64,000 bases of DNA from Rickettsiales bacterium (GTDB lineage: Bacteria; Pseudomonadota; Alphaproteobacteria; Rickettsiales; UBA6187). The stretch's first letter is position 1. Each line of letters opens with the position of its first letter. This document shows, piece after piece, positions 51,157 through 59,605 of the stretch. A program made the translations under genes and the position numbers. The notes below the pieces were generated by a model. It was not told the DNA's origin. It did not search any database and was given only the letters and a program-made list of their open reading frames with translations. The stretch spans positions 380 through 64,379 of the forward strand of contig JAOIVE010000004.1 in NCBI GenBank assembly GCA_028223895.1, read 5' to 3'.

Positions 51157-51669
51157 ATGAGCAGTACAAAAGAAGATATAGATTCTATTTCGGAGTTTAG
51201 GATTTTATTTAAAGAAGAAGGGCAAAATAGTTTAATAAACCTGGCTCAGTCTGATAACATTAATGATAGATTTATTGTTATAGAAGCTCTTTGGGTTATG
51301 AGCAATAGATTTAGAGGCGGCAGTAAAGTTCGTTTTCTAGAATTATTTAAAGCACTTGAGGAAAGAAACCTTATAGACTCATTAGAAGAAGATCTTCCTG
51401 AACAGCATAAATTTAAGCTAGTTGATATCCGTAAGAGATATGATATATTCAAAGAGGAGCAAGGCACATTAGCTTGTTTATATAATCCAGAGACAATTTC
51501 TCTTAGTGACCTTATTGAAAATACCGCAACTTGTGAAGCTATTAATAAGAGAATCTGTGCTAATACAGAAGATGTAATTCAATTAGGTGCAAATAGTGCT
51601 CAATCCTTCATTCATCATCCTGAAATTATAGATATTCTTAAATTAATAAAGCACACGAGCTTGCTTTGA
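51157..51669 (+). CDS. Hypothetical protein (170 aa); possibly the N-terminal part of a split ankyrin protein
   Basis: No recognised motif. Its stop codon overlaps the TTG start of the next ORF (TTGA). Confidence 0.45.
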   Translation: MSSTKEDIDSISEFRILFKEEGQNSLINLAQSDNINDRFIVIEALWVMSNRFRGGSKVRFLELFKALEERNLIDSLEEDLPEQHKFKLVDIRKRYDIFKEEQGTLACLYNPETISLSDLIENTATCEAINKRICANTEDVIQLGANSAQSFIHHPEIIDILKLIKHTSLL

Positions 51670-52151
51670 GCGATGAGCTTCTAAAGAGCCTTATCGCTTA
51701 TTCTGCGATGTTTAATTATGGTGAAGTTTGTAAATATTTACTTAGTGATTTTGTTACGCAAGAGAACAAAGACTATCTATTGTCTTCAACAAATATAATA
51801 AATCAAGGAAAAGGAGTAAATACAACAGCCCTAATAGCTGCTTGCAATAATGGAAATACAGAAATAGCCAAAGCATTAATAAAAGCAGGGGCCGATGTTA
51901 ATCTAGCTGATAATTACGGCAATATCGCCTTAATTATTGCTTGCCAGAATGGCTATACAGAAACAGTCAAAGCATTAATAGAAGCAAAGGCTGATGTTAA
52001 TCTAACTGATAGTGATGGCGATACCGCCTTAATGGTTGCAACTAGTAAAGATGTAGTAGATAAAACTAATAATCCTAAACCAATTACATCAAGCAATGAA
52101 AACTGGCAGAATTATATCAGTGGAAGAACATCCTGTTGCCGTAAACTATAA
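51666..52151 (+). CDS. Ankyrin-repeat protein with Cys-rich C-terminus
   Basis: Canonical ankyrin repeats (NTTALIAACNNGNTEIAKALIKAGADVN, YGNIALIIACQNGYTETVKALIEAKADVN, DGDTALMVA). The protein ends ...SGRTSCCRKL. Confidence 0.75.
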   Translation: MSDELLKSLIAYSAMFNYGEVCKYLLSDFVTQENKDYLLSSTNIINQGKGVNTTALIAACNNGNTEIAKALIKAGADVNLADNYGNIALIIACQNGYTETVKALIEAKADVNLTDSDGDTALMVATSKDVVDKTNNPKPITSSNENWQNYISGRTSCCRKL

Positions 52152-52245
52152 CCTATAGTAATACGCCTAATTATTGCAGCCCTCATTCGCCTATAATCGC
52201 ACTTCGCCAAGCTATGTACGACTTACGGCTTTGTAGGCATCCTAC

Positions 52246-52260
52246 GGCGTAGGATGGTGC
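52246..52260. repeat. Distal copy of the 15-nt direct repeat GGCGTAGGATGGTGC (second copy abuts tRNA-Leu)
   Basis: Exact match to 53842-53856. Looser flanking similarity (AGCTAT...CGA...TTACGG/GTAAGG). It is embedded in the hairpin CATCCTAC-GGC-GTAGGATG (52238-52256). Confidence 0.6.
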
Positions 52261-52363
52261 TATCTAGGCAACGTTATCAGAACCTGTAAGGAGTTTAGAC
52301 TTTTATAATTCAGATGCCAGATCTACTTTTCAAATCTATACAGACAAAAATTAATGAGTATAC

Positions 52364-52444
52364 ATAGATTCAATTAAGTTTAATATTGAACCTATCATAT
52401 CATTACTATAATATAGGTTCAATTAAGTTTAATATTGAACCTAT
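52364..52444 (+). promoter_or_regulatory. Duplicated 32-nt operator-like palindrome with embedded promoter-like hexamers upstream of the Fic gene
   Basis: ATAG(A/G)TTCAAT-TAAGTTTAAT-ATTGAACCTAT occurs at 52364-52395 and 52413-52444, with one mismatch between copies. The second copy has perfect 11-nt arms. TTGAAC at 52386-91 and TATAAT at 52407-12 are spaced by 15 nt. Confidence 0.55.
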
Positions 52445-53801
52445 GGACATCGAAATGCCAGAAGAAATATATAAAATACAAAATATTAAAAATATGTCTC
52501 TTCCAAGTGAGGATATAGATCTGGAAAAGCTTTTAGCGGACGAAGAGGTACAAAATGCTATCAAAAAAGCACAGGAACTATATCTACCATGGCAAGAATT
52601 TAGACTAAAATCCTGGGTGCCTGGAAATAAAGAACATGTGTGGTATTTAGTAGCCCTACAAAGACGTTTTAGCTTCACACAAACTCCTATTCGAGACCAG
52701 AGTGGAAATTTTTACACATTTAATCCACGCAGTCATGTTCAATTTTTACACGAAGTAGATCTTGAGTTAGGTGGAAACTTTATAGGTGTTCCAGATTTTA
52801 GTCAGGGAGATCGCAGGCAAATCATACGCAGAAATTTAATTGAGGAATCGATAGCTTCCTCAAAACTCGAAGGAGCAAACACCTCGCGTGAGGTCGCACG
52901 AAAAATGCTCAAAGAAGGAAGAAAGCCGCGCACTAAAGACGAGCAAATGATCGTAAATAACCATAAAGCAATGAGAATAATTGAGGAGGAGCTAAAAAAT
53001 GAACCACTTTCAATAAACATACTTAAAGACTTACATCGAGAAGTTACAAAGGGTACATTGAGGGATGCCAATTTGGAAGGCAGCCTGCGTGAAACGTTTG
53101 ATGAGAATGGCAATAGACTTAAAATCATGCCGTGGGACGAAAAAACGGTAGCATATGTAACTCCTGACCGCGAGTTTGTAGAAGAAGAACTGTCAAAGCT
53201 TATTAGATTTGCCAATGACCATGATAACAATGTGTTTATTCATCCACTCACCAAAGCAATAATGCTACATTTCTGGGTTGGATTGCTACATCCTTTTGAA
53301 GATGGTAATGGCCGACTAGCAAGAATTTTATTCTACTGGTATATGCTAAAAAAAGGATATTGGGCATTTGCTTATCTTTCACTTTCGGAGTGCATTATTA
53401 AGTCCCCAAAGCAATATGCTATGGCGTATATTTATTCAGAACAGGATCATTATGACTTAAATTATTTTATCCATTACAATATGACCAAGTTAAAACTTGC
53501 AAGGCAACAATTTCAAAAATATCTAAAAGAAAAAATATCTGAAAATAAGCAGGCAGTAAAGATTATACAAAGCGGATATAATTTTAATCTACGTCAATTA
53601 AAGCTTTTGCAGTATTTAGCCAAAGACGAACAGCGTTATACCACCGTAAAAGCCTATCACGCCGATAATAGTGATATAGGCAACGTAACGGCCATTTCCG
53701 ATCTAAAAAAACTTATAACAGAAGGTTTTCTTATTAAAGTACGTAGTGGAAAAAATGTTTACTATTACCCTACTTCAAAAATACAAAACATTATACAATA
53801 G
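52443..53801 (+). CDS. Fic-family protein (probable AMPylase; Fic_N plus Fic core plus C-terminal winged-helix-like domain)
   Basis: Fic motif HPFEDGNGRLARILFYWYML. Upstream inhibitory-helix-like motif SSKLEG fits (S/T)xxxE(G/N). Start chosen at the ATG at 52443; 52386 (TTG) or 52455 are alternatives. Confidence 0.85.
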   Translation: MDIEMPEEIYKIQNIKNMSLPSEDIDLEKLLADEEVQNAIKKAQELYLPWQEFRLKSWVPGNKEHVWYLVALQRRFSFTQTPIRDQSGNFYTFNPRSHVQFLHEVDLELGGNFIGVPDFSQGDRRQIIRRNLIEESIASSKLEGANTSREVARKMLKEGRKPRTKDEQMIVNNHKAMRIIEEELKNEPLSINILKDLHREVTKGTLRDANLEGSLRETFDENGNRLKIMPWDEKTVAYVTPDREFVEEELSKLIRFANDHDNNVFIHPLTKAIMLHFWVGLLHPFEDGNGRLARILFYWYMLKKGYWAFAYLSLSECIIKSPKQYAMAYIYSEQDHYDLNYFIHYNMTKLKLARQQFQKYLKEKISENKQAVKIIQSGYNFNLRQLKLLQYLAKDEQRYTTVKAYHADNSDIGNVTAISDLKKLITEGFLIKVRSGKNVYYYPTSKIQNIIQ

Positions 53802-53841
53802 CTATTTTGATTACTGACGTGAGCTATCCGAAGCCCGTAAG

Positions 53842-53856
53842 GGCGTAGGATGGTGC
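53842..53856. repeat. Proximal copy of the 15-nt direct repeat, spanning 9 nt downstream of tRNA-Leu plus its last 6 nt
   Basis: GGCGTAGGATGGTGC; 53851-53856 is the complement of GCACCA, the tRNA 3' end. Confidence 0.6.
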
Positions 53857-53939
53857 GGCCGAGAAGACTCGAACTTCCACGGGCAAAATAGCCCACAGCG
53901 ACCTCAACGCTGCGCGTCTACCAGTTCCGCCACGGCCGC
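53851..53939 (-). tRNA. tRNA-Leu (anticodon GAG)
   Basis: 89-nt class II tRNA: GCGGCCG-TG-GCGGAACTGGTAGACGC..., anticodon stem CAGCG/CGCTG with loop TTGAGGT, a long variable arm, T-arm GGAAG-TTCGAGT-CTTCT, and acceptor CGGCCGC-A-CCA. Confidence 0.9.
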
Positions 53940-54022
53940 ACATATTTACATTACAAAAAATATAATGTAATAGGTAGGTCGTCGCTTTAGTAACAACTTT
54001 AATGCTAAGGATCAAGCAGTAA

Positions 54023-54652
54023 ATGACGATAGAGTGGAAAAATAGCAGCAAATTAGTTCCCTACACACAAGCAATAGGCTTTATGGAAGAAAGGGTAAGA
54101 GAGATATATGAAGGCAAAGCAGATGAATGCGTATGGATGGTAGAGCATCCGCCACTATATACAGCTGGAACAAGTGCAAAACAGGATGACTTGATAGATA
54201 AAACCCGCTTTCCTGTCTATGAAACAGGCAGAGGAGGGGAGTTTACATATCATGGCCCCGGCCAAAGGGTAGTATATGTAATGCTAAACCTCAAAGAACG
54301 CAAAGCTATGGATATACGCAAATATGTATGCAATCTCGAGCAATGGATAATTAATATATTAGCCCATTTTGACATAGATGGTCAACGCAGGCAGGGCAGA
54401 ATTGGCATATGGGTAGAAGATGGCGTTTCAGAGTCAAAAATAGCAGCCCTTGGCATAAGAGTCCGGCGCTGGGTGACTTTTCACGGCATAGCAATCAATA
54501 TATCACCAGATTTATCACATTTTGGTGGGATAGTACCATGCGGAATATCAGAATATGGAGTTACATCAATGCAAAAACAGGGCGTAACTGCAAGTTTTGA
54601 AGAAGTTGACGCTGTATTAAAATCAGAATTTGAGAAGATTTTTGGTTCTTAA
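54023..54652 (+). CDS. lipB: Octanoyltransferase LipB
   Basis: [47 protein letters not shown] and VPCGI. Confidence 0.9.
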   Translation: MTIEWKNSSKLVPYTQAIGFMEERVREIYEGKADECVWMVEHPPLYTAGTSAKQDDLIDKTRFPVYETGRGGEFTYHGPGQRVVYVMLNLKERKAMDIRKYVCNLEQWIINILAHFDIDGQRRQGRIGIWVEDGVSESKIAALGIRVRRWVTFHGIAINISPDLSHFGGIVPCGISEYGVTSMQKQGVTASFEEVDAVLKSEFEKIFGS

Positions 54653-54660
54653 AAAATCTA

Positions 54661-55512
54661 TCAGACAATACAACTTTGCAGCCCTTCTTTATAGCTTGGG
54701 TATTTTAGCTCTACACCCAGCTCATCCTTAATTTTCTTATTGGAAACGCGACGGTTACCCATATAAAAACTGCGCGCCATGGGCGATAAATTAGCATCTT
54801 CAAAATCTACCAAATCAGGCGCCTTAACATCAAGTAAATTTGCAGCATAGAAAACCACTTCCTCCTGCGCTGCAGGCATATCATCTGCAACATTATATAT
54901 ATCAATAATTCCTATATTATTCATCGAAGCAATTAAAGTAGTTGCTATATCATCAACATGAATCCGCGAGAAAAATTGACCCGGTTTGCTAATTCTTCTT
55001 GCAGTTCCAGCCTTTAAATTATCTATCGCACTACGATTTGGCCCATAAATGCCTGATAAACGGAATATATTCACCGGCAGTGAACTATTGCTCCAATCCT
55101 CTTCAGCCTCCACCCTGCGCTTAAGGCGATCATTATTTGGCCTTAGCTGCGACTTTTCATCTACCCATTGACCATTATGGTCACCATATACACCTGTCGT
55201 TGATAAATATCCTACCCACTGCAAATCTGGCAGATTCTTTAAATCTTCAAGATGATATTTATAAACAATATCGCCTTCTTTTTCATCGGGGGGAATAGAT
55301 ATTAATATATGCGTAACGCTCGACAGATCCCACGGATTTTGCAATGGCAAATCAATATCAAAAATATACGGAGTAATGCCCAAAGGCCTTAATGATTCGC
55401 TTTTTTCTTCTGACCTGCATGTACCACTGACGCGCCAGCCATCATCAAGCAGGCGCTTTGCAAGATGGGTTGCCGTATAGCCAAGGCCAAATATGAATAT
55501 ATGCTTCTGCAT
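54661..55512 (-). CDS. SDR-family NAD(P)-binding protein (epimerase/dehydratase-like)
   Basis: N-terminal Rossmann motif IFIFGLGYTATHLAKRL, and later STTGVYGD and RLSGIYGPNR. Confidence 0.65.
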   Translation of the reverse strand: MQKHIFIFGLGYTATHLAKRLLDDGWRVSGTCRSEEKSESLRPLGITPYIFDIDLPLQNPWDLSSVTHILISIPPDEKEGDIVYKYHLEDLKNLPDLQWVGYLSTTGVYGDHNGQWVDEKSQLRPNNDRLKRRVEAEEDWSNSSLPVNIFRLSGIYGPNRSAIDNLKAGTARRISKPGQFFSRIHVDDIATTLIASMNNIGIIDIYNVADDMPAAQEEVVFYAANLLDVKAPDLVDFEDANLSPMARSFYMGNRRVSNKKIKDELGVELKYPSYKEGLQSCIV

Positions 55513-55546
55513 TTAGATTTCCTTTTGATTGCCATGTAATAATAAT

Positions 55547-55723
55547 CCTCTCCCTCGTGGGAGAGGCAAGATTTCTTAAGTTTTACAATGAGGAAAACTT
55601 ATTAGAAATCTGGTGAGGGCCAATAATTTGCCATAATGAAATGACAGTAAAGAACCCTCATCCTAACCTTCTCCCCAAGGGAGAAGGAACTTAAGAGAGT
55701 GTTACTCCCTTCACGGGAATAAC
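55547..55723. repeat. Cluster of REP-like GC-rich hairpins in the 222-nt spacer between the SDR gene and gatB
   Basis: CCTCTCCC-TCGT-GGGAGAGG (55547-66); AGATTTCTTAAGTTTT...AAAACTTATTAGAAATCT (55570-55612); CCTCATCCTAA+CCTTCTCCC-CAA-GGGAGAAGG (55655-87, same family as 21018-21053 inverted); GTTACTCCC-TTCA-CGGGAATAAC (55701-23). Confidence 0.7.
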
Positions 55724-55734
55724 AATAGTTTTTA

Positions 55735-57189
55735 CTATCCCAGCTTTTTCTTCAACAAGTCGTTAACTGCCTTTGGATTAGCCTTACCTTGAGAAATTTT
55801 CATCACCTGGCCTACAAAGAAACCAAATAATTTATCTTTTCCACCACGATATTGTTCAACCTTATCTTCATTTGCAGCTATAACTTCATCAATGATTTTT
55901 TCAATAGCGCCTGTATCAGTAACCTGTTTTAAGCCTTTTTTCTCAACTATTTTATCAGCATCATCACCAGTTTCAAACATATCATCAAAAACCTGCTTAG
56001 CAATTTTACCAGAAATAGTATCATCCTTTATCAAACCAAGAAGGCCGCTTAGCTGCTCCGCCTTAACTGGCGACTCTTCAATTGATTTACCAGCCTTATT
56101 CAAACGCCCAAATAATTCACCCATAACCCAGTTGGCAGCCATCTTAGGATCCTGACCATCAGCTACAGTCTCAAAATATTGAGCAGTTGTTTTATCTGCA
56201 ACTAAAACACTGGCATCATATGCCGGCAGCCCCATATGGATGATATAACGCTCCTTCTTTTCATCAGGTAACTCTGGAAGGCTGGAGCGTATATTATCAA
56301 TATATTCATCGCTTAAAACCAATGGCAATAAGTCAGGATCAGGAAAATAGCGATAATCATGAGCATCTTCCTTTGAACGCATAGTGCGGGTTTCGCCATT
56401 ATTGCTATCAAAAAGGCGAGTTTCCTGATCTATAGTGCCGCCAGTTTCATATATTTCAACATGACGATTGGCCTCAAAAATTATTGCCTGCTGCAGGAAT
56501 TTCATAGAGTTAAGATTCTTAATCTCACAACGCGTGCGCAGCTCATCACTACCAACAGGGCGCACAGAAATATTAGCATCACAACGCATTGAACCCTTTT
56601 CCATATCGCCATCGCAAGTACCCAAATAACGCACAATAGAGCGCAATTTACGCATATATTCCGCAGCCTCTTCAGGTGAGCGCATATCAGGCTTTGAAAC
56701 TATCTCCATCAATGCAATGCCAGAGCGATTTAAATCAATAAAAGAGCTGTCAGGTGACTGATCATGCATAGATTTACCAGCATCCTGCTCCATATGAATG
56801 CGCTCAATTCCAACAGTTCTGGAGCTTCCATCTTTCATATCAAGAATTAATGTTCCCTCACCAACTATCGGGTCAGAAAATTGTGAAATCTGATATGATT
56901 GCGGCAAGTCTGCATAAAAATAATTTTTTCTATCAAATATGGAATGTTTGTTGATTTTAGCCTTTATTCCCAGCCCTGTACGCACAGCCTGCTCAACACA
57001 ATATTCATTTAAAACCGGAAGCATTCCAGGCATAGCAGCATCAACAAGCGAAACCTGACTGTTAGCCTCAGCGCCAAATTCGGTAGAGGAACCAGAAAAT
57101 AATTTCGAGTTAGATGTAATCTGCGCATGTACCTCCAGGCCTATAACAACTTCCCAATCGCCTGTATTACCTTTTATTATATATGTCAT
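55735..57189 (-). CDS. gatB: Asp/Glu-tRNA amidotransferase subunit B
   Basis: [13 protein letters not shown]...[12 protein letters not shown]... and a C-terminal GatB/YqeY domain. Confidence 0.95.
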   Translation of the reverse strand: MTYIIKGNTGDWEVVIGLEVHAQITSNSKLFSGSSTEFGAEANSQVSLVDAAMPGMLPVLNEYCVEQAVRTGLGIKAKINKHSIFDRKNYFYADLPQSYQISQFSDPIVGEGTLILDMKDGSSRTVGIERIHMEQDAGKSMHDQSPDSSFIDLNRSGIALMEIVSKPDMRSPEEAAEYMRKLRSIVRYLGTCDGDMEKGSMRCDANISVRPVGSDELRTRCEIKNLNSMKFLQQAIIFEANRHVEIYETGGTIDQETRLFDSNNGETRTMRSKEDAHDYRYFPDPDLLPLVLSDEYIDNIRSSLPELPDEKKERYIIHMGLPAYDASVLVADKTTAQYFETVADGQDPKMAANWVMGELFGRLNKAGKSIEESPVKAEQLSGLLGLIKDDTISGKIAKQVFDDMFETGDDADKIVEKKGLKQVTDTGAIEKIIDEVIAANEDKVEQYRGGKDKLFGFFVGQVMKISQGKANPKAVNDLLKKKLG

Positions 57190-57269
57190 ATTTTTTCCTT
57201 TTTATTTCCATCACAAAGCTGGCATTCGTCATCCTTTGGGTGGCGAAAACATCCAGCAGAGTGCAAAAC

Positions 57270-58754
57270 CTACGGGTTACAGCTAAAGCCTGCTGATTTT
57301 TCTATTTTATCTGCAACTTTAAACATTGTAACTTCGTCAAATGCCTTGCCTATTATCTGCAATCCCAAAGGTAATCCATCTGAAGAAATGCCCGCAGGAA
57401 CAGAAATACCAGGCAAACCAGCCAAGCTTGCAGGAACTGTGAATATATCATTTAAATATGTAGTCACAGGATCCATCTTTTCACCGGCAGCAAAAGCAGC
57501 AGTTGGTGCAGTTGGAGTTAATATTGCATCAACATTTTTAAATGCTTCACTAAAGTCGCGCGCTATTAATGTACGAACGCTCTGAGCCTTTTTATAGTAA
57601 GCATCATAATAGCCAGCCGACAGAACATAAGTTCCCATCATAATACGACGCTTAACCTCATCGCCAAAACCTTCCTGACGAGTTAATTCATACATCTCAT
57701 CAAGTGAACAACCTTCAGGCTGAACACGCAAACCATAACGCACCCCATCATAACGCGCCAAATTCGAAGAAGCCTCAGCAGGAGCGATGATATAATAAGT
57801 AGGAAGTGCGTATTTTGTATGAGGAAGAGATATATCAACAATCTGAGCACCAGCTTCTTCTAGCCATTTGCGCCCTTGCTGCCATAAATCTTCTATTTCT
57901 TTTGACATTCCATCTTTATGATATTCTTTAGGAATGCCTATTTTCATCCCCTTAACATCACTACCTATTGCATCACTAAATTTAGGATTTTCAATATTTG
58001 CTGACGTAGAATCTTTTGCATCATATCCACAAATAGACTCAAGAATTAATGCAGCATCCTCAACATTATGCGCAAATGCTCCAGCCTGATCCAAAGAGCT
58101 TGCAAATGCAATAATACCCCAGCGCGAGCAACGGCCATATGTTGGCTTAACCCCAACAGTTCCGGTAAATGAAGCTGGCTGACGCACAGAACCACCCGTA
58201 TCAGTTCCAAGGGAGCCTGCACATAATTTTGCTGCAACAGCAGCCGCAGAACCACCAGAGGAACCACCAGGAACCACTTCTGTGCCATCTTTGCGCTTAT
58301 ATGGATTTTTTGCCTGCCCATAAAAACTATTAGAGTTAGCAGAACCCATAGCAAACTCATCCATGTTGGTTTTACCAAGCATAACCGCGCCTTGAGCAAA
58401 TAAATTTGCAGTTACCGTAGATTCATATGTTGGAGTAAAACCGCTCAAAATATTTGAGCAAGCAGTGGTTAAAACACCTTTGTTACAAAAAATATCTTTA
58501 ATAGCAAGAGGAACGCCCTCAAGTAGGCCTATATCGCCACCGGCACGCTTTTTATCGGACTTTGCTGCCATATCAAGGGCAAGGTCAGAAGTAACCGTTA
58601 CAAAGGCATTTAAATCCTTTTGAGCCTGTATTTCTTTTAAATAATCCTGTGTTAGCTCAACTGAACTAAATTTTTTAGCCGCAAGGCCATCTAATATTTG
58701 CCTTATTGTCAGACTTCTTGTTTCACTCATATTTTCTATACTCGTTTGTTTCAT
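57270..58754 (-). CDS. gatA: Glutamyl-tRNA(Gln) amidotransferase subunit A
   Basis: Amidase signature [13 protein letters not shown]...[12 protein letters not shown]. The start may instead be the Met at 58730. Confidence 0.95.
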   Translation of the reverse strand: MKQTSIENMSETRSLTIRQILDGLAAKKFSSVELTQDYLKEIQAQKDLNAFVTVTSDLALDMAAKSDKKRAGGDIGLLEGVPLAIKDIFCNKGVLTTACSNILSGFTPTYESTVTANLFAQGAVMLGKTNMDEFAMGSANSNSFYGQAKNPYKRKDGTEVVPGGSSGGSAAAVAAKLCAGSLGTDTGGSVRQPASFTGTVGVKPTYGRCSRWGIIAFASSLDQAGAFAHNVEDAALILESICGYDAKDSTSANIENPKFSDAIGSDVKGMKIGIPKEYHKDGMSKEIEDLWQQGRKWLEEAGAQIVDISLPHTKYALPTYYIIAPAEASSNLARYDGVRYGLRVQPEGCSLDEMYELTRQEGFGDEVKRRIMMGTYVLSAGYYDAYYKKAQSVRTLIARDFSEAFKNVDAILTPTAPTAAFAAGEKMDPVTTYLNDIFTVPASLAGLPGISVPAGISSDGLPLGLQIIGKAFDEVTMFKVADKIEKSAGFSCNP

Positions 58755-58781
58755 TTTGTTTTTCCCTTTTATTTCAGGAAT

Positions 58782-59069
58782 TTATTCAACAACCTTAGGA
58801 ACTACAAAGCACCCATAGGAACTTTTAGGAGAATTTGCCAGAACCTGATCCTGAATACCGCCATCATTAACTTTATCCTCGCGCAATGGCTGGCTTGAAT
58901 CTGTAACCGAGGTCATACGCGGCACGTTATCTGTATTTACCTCCTGCAGTAATTCAACCCAATCTATTACACCCGAAAGCTCACCTTGAAACCTGGTGAT
59001 TTCTTCATCGCTTAATTTTATGCGCGAAAGCCTGGCTATTTTACGAACTTCTTTTTCACTTAGTGACAT
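58782..59069 (-). CDS. gatC: Asp/Glu-tRNA amidotransferase subunit C
   Basis: 95 aa, VRKIARLSRIKLSDEE..., located upstream of gatA. Confidence 0.9.
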   Translation of the reverse strand: MSLSEKEVRKIARLSRIKLSDEEITRFQGELSGVIDWVELLQEVNTDNVPRMTSVTDSSQPLREDKVNDGGIQDQVLANSPKSSYGCFVVPKVVE

Positions 59070-59136
59070 GTTGATTCCCTATATCTATACTGTACCGACA
59101 AATTAACAATAAATCACACAAAGGCAAGTATAGATT

Positions 59137-59592
59137 ATGCTTTTTGAACAGTTAGAAGATTTTAAAGAAAATATCGGGCAAAATAAACGCCTTATGGGAA
59201 TAGATTTCGGCCAGGCGCGTATAGGAATAGCCTTTAGCGATGAAGGCGGCATGATCTCAACTCCCTTTGAAACATATAATCGCCAAAATATAAATAAAGA
59301 TTTAGGATATATAAATCGCCTTATAAAAGAGCGCAATTTATCGGGCATAGTAATAGGCCTGCCATTAGAACTTGATGGCACTGAAAGTCAAAATTGTCAG
59401 ATAATACGTGATTTTGTAAAGAAACTGCAAAAAAAGACATATATAGCTATCTTCTTGCAAGATGAGCGTATGTCAACAGCCGCCGTAACAAGAGTGTTAA
59501 TGCAAACTGATATGACCCGTAAAAAACGCCAGAGCGTTGACGATAAACTGGCTGCCAGCTACATTTTGCAAGGAGTATTAGATAGAATGTAA
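59137..59592 (+). CDS. ruvX: Holliday junction resolvase-like protein RuvX/YqgF
   Basis: LMGIDFGQARIGIAFSDE...IVIGLPLELDGTES...DERMSTAAV. Confidence 0.85.
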   Translation: MLFEQLEDFKENIGQNKRLMGIDFGQARIGIAFSDEGGMISTPFETYNRQNINKDLGYINRLIKERNLSGIVIGLPLELDGTESQNCQIIRDFVKKLQKKTYIAIFLQDERMSTAAVTRVLMQTDMTRKKRQSVDDKLAASYILQGVLDRM

Positions 59593-59605
59593 CAGGTAGA
59601 GGTAT

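Noticed and set aside
53824-54051. A 75-aa minus-strand ORF is listed here.
   Set aside because: It is the translation of the tRNA-Leu gene and its flanks, not a protein-coding gene.
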